A stretch of DNA of 28,352 nucleotides from Promethearchaeota archaeon (GTDB lineage Archaea; Asgardarchaeota; Lokiarchaeia; Sigyniarchaeales; SOKP01), in the NCBI GenBank assembly GCA_030603385.1, contig JAUVXW010000045.1, positions 1 to 28,352 of the forward strand, given 5' to 3'. The notes under the pieces are model-generated. The model did not search any database and was not told the DNA's origin. It saw only the letters and a program-made list of their open reading frames with translations. This document shows positions 26,276-28,352 of this stretch, in pieces (position 1 is the first letter of the stretch; every line of letters starts with the position of its first letter). A program made the translations under genes and the position numbers.

Positions 26276-28285
26276 TTGATAGAATCAGAATTGTATGAGT
26301 CTGAAAAAGTATTCAAGGTGCTTATTGAAAATATAAGTAGTGGTGTAGCTATTTATGAGACACCTGATAAAGGGGAAAATTTTATAATTAGAGAAATGAA
26401 TAAAGCAGGATTACGTATATGTGAAGCCACACGAAAAGAGATCGTAGGAAAAAATCTATCTGACTTATTCCCAAACATAGAAAATTTTGGTTTTGTAGGT
26501 GCTTTACGAAGAGTATGGAAAACGGGTAAACCGGAAAATTCTCCAACTGCGTTTTATCAGGATGATAGAGTTGATGGTTGGACGGAAATGTACATTTATA
26601 AATTACCCTCTGGAAAAGTTGTTGCGATTTTTGATAGACAGTCAGAGCTCATTGAAGCTCAAGAAATTATAAATCGTAAGAAGATAGAATATGAATTACA
26701 GAAGTCTGAAAATGAAAAATCGGTAATCTTGGAAAGTTTACTAGAGCATATAATATATCAAACAACAGATAACACGATTATTTGGGCTAATAAAGCTGCT
26801 GCTGATTCTGTAAATTCTACTCCCGAAGAATTAATTGGACGTAAATGTTATCAAATTTGGAATGATCGAGAAGTACCATGTGATGACTGTCCTGTAGTAA
26901 AATCATTAAAATCTAAAAAATCAGAAGTTTGTGAAATGAAAACTCCTGATGGGAGAATATGGCGCGTGGCAGGTTGCCCAGTAAAGGATAAAGATAATAA
27001 TATTATTGGGACTGTTGAGTCTACTCTGGATATTACAGAAAAAAAAATGGCGGAACAAAAAGTAAAAGAACGAAGTGAAGCATTATCAGTTTTAAATAAG
27101 ATTATCACGCTAGGGAATGAATCCACAAGTCTTCAAGAATTTTTAGAAAAATCTTATGATCAAGTGTTGGACATCGTGGGTTTCGATAGGGGAGGAATTT
27201 ATCTGTATAATCATGAGACTCATCATAATCAACTAGTTCTTCATAAGAATGTTCATCCTGACTTTATAGCTGCAGTAGAAGATGTAGACATAGCGGAAGG
27301 TCTTTTTAGAAAAGTATTTGATAAGCATAAACCATTTTACATCGAAGATTTCTCGCAATTCATGGAAGGTTCAAAAGAATTGGGTATATTTTCCGTTGCA
27401 ATCATTCCCCTCCGTTCAAAGGACGAATATGTAGGAAGTTTGAACATAGGTTCTCCAGTTTATCAAGAGCTCTCTCAAAATGAATTAGAGCTATTAATGG
27501 CGATCGGTAAGCAGATGGGAATTATCATTCAGAAATTTGAATCTGAAAAATTACTTAAAGAATCAGAAGAAAAACATCGAAAAGCGTATTTTCAGGCTAA
27601 TCTTTATAGGGATATTTTTGCTCATGATATAAACAATATGCTCCAAAACATCCAATCTTCAACTGAACTTAGTTCTCTTTATCTGAGCAACCCTGAAAAA
27701 CTACATACGCTAAAAGAACTGCATAACATTATAACTGAACAAATTGAGAGGGGTAAAAAATTAATTAAAAATGTCAGAAAGATAACTAAAATTGATGATT
27801 CTGAAGTCAATTTAGAAAGGATTGAAGCTTTTCGATCGTTAGAAAAAGCAATTGAATACCTTAAAAATAGCTTTCAAGCGAGAACTGTAGATATTCATGT
27901 TAATGCTTCAGAAAAAAATTTCTACGTAATTGCAAATAATCTCTTATTAGATGTATTTGAAAATCTCTTGATAAATGCTGTAAGACATAACAATAAATCT
28001 AAAATAGAGATCAGTATAGATATTAGTAAAGATCATCTAGAGAATAAGGATTGTGTAAAAATAGAATTTAAAGATAACGCTATCGGTATCTCTGACTATC
28101 GTAAAACAAACATATTTGAAAAAGGAAAGCGTAGGAGTCTAAAAGGTAAGGGAATGGGTCTAGGGTTATCTCTAGTTAAAAAAATAATCGACAGCTACAA
28201 TGGTGATATTAGGGTTGAAGATAGAGTTAAAGGAGATTATTCAAAAGGAAGTAAATTTGTACTTATAATTCCAGAAGTGCCCTAA
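26276..28285 (+). CDS. Soluble PAS-PAS-GAF sensor histidine kinase
   Basis: Two PAS domains (second ends DITEKK), GAF (IPLRSK..VGSL), H-box AHDINN, N-box FENLLINA, DNAIGI, GMGLGLSLVKKI. No TM segment. Confidence 0.93.
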   Translation: MIESELYESEKVFKVLIENISSGVAIYETPDKGENFIIREMNKAGLRICEATRKEIVGKNLSDLFPNIENFGFVGALRRVWKTGKPENSPTAFYQDDRVDGWTEMYIYKLPSGKVVAIFDRQSELIEAQEIINRKKIEYELQKSENEKSVILESLLEHIIYQTTDNTIIWANKAAADSVNSTPEELIGRKCYQIWNDREVPCDDCPVVKSLKSKKSEVCEMKTPDGRIWRVAGCPVKDKDNNIIGTVESTLDITEKKMAEQKVKERSEALSVLNKIITLGNESTSLQEFLEKSYDQVLDIVGFDRGGIYLYNHETHHNQLVLHKNVHPDFIAAVEDVDIAEGLFRKVFDKHKPFYIEDFSQFMEGSKELGIFSVAIIPLRSKDEYVGSLNIGSPVYQELSQNELELLMAIGKQMGIIIQKFESEKLLKESEEKHRKAYFQANLYRDIFAHDINNMLQNIQSSTELSSLYLSNPEKLHTLKELHNIITEQIERGKKLIKNVRKITKIDDSEVNLERIEAFRSLEKAIEYLKNSFQARTVDIHVNASEKNFYVIANNLLLDVFENLLINAVRHNNKSKIEISIDISKDHLENKDCVKIEFKDNAIGISDYRKTNIFEKGKRRSLKGKGMGLGLSLVKKIIDSYNGDIRVEDRVKGDYSKGSKFVLIIPEVP

Positions 28286-28352
28286 AACGGATGTTAAAAA
28301 GGTAAAAATATTAATCGGTTATGATGAATTTGTACTTTACTATTTTTATAAA

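Noticed and set aside
955-27126. Remaining short ORFs nested in or antisense to large genes (e.g. 955..1170, 3771..4344, 13343..13555, 15165..15494, 22309..23488, 26851..27126)
   Set aside because: Shadow frames of well-supported CDSs with no independent coding signal.

Overview
AT-rich archaeal chromosomal window, most consistent with an Asgard archaeon of the Lokiarchaeia type. This taxonomy is inferred from an MglA-like small GTPase, a longin/DENN-like protein, an SDS22-like LRR protein, a bacterial-type MetV-MetF pair, TATA-type promoters and GGTGA/GGAGG Shine-Dalgarno motifs. Most of it is a patchwork of largely unlinked metabolic genes: W/Mo aldehyde:ferredoxin oxidoreductase, NMO/FabK-like flavoenzyme, two metallo-beta-lactamase-fold hydrolases, cupin, HSL esterase, MetVF, radical SAM, GH2, dihydrolipoamide dehydrogenase, ICMT-like methyltransferase and a PAS/GAF histidine kinase. 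I see no rRNA, tRNA, CRISPR array or intact mobile element. The most interesting items are: (1) an MglA-type GTPase next to a longin/DENN-like protein carrying a FLCN/SMCR8-like 'AR' arginine-finger loop, rather than the usual roadblock MglB; (2) a Whirly-like ssDNA-binding candidate divergent from a CoiA-like nuclease; (3) a GATC/TGATCA-rich divergent control region plus a TAWATATGA promoter signature shared by four lineage-specific genes; (4) a structured RNA candidate in a long 5' leader; (5) several unannotated gene remnants and a small ORF with an apparent ACG start. All family assignments come from motif recognition by eye, not database searches.
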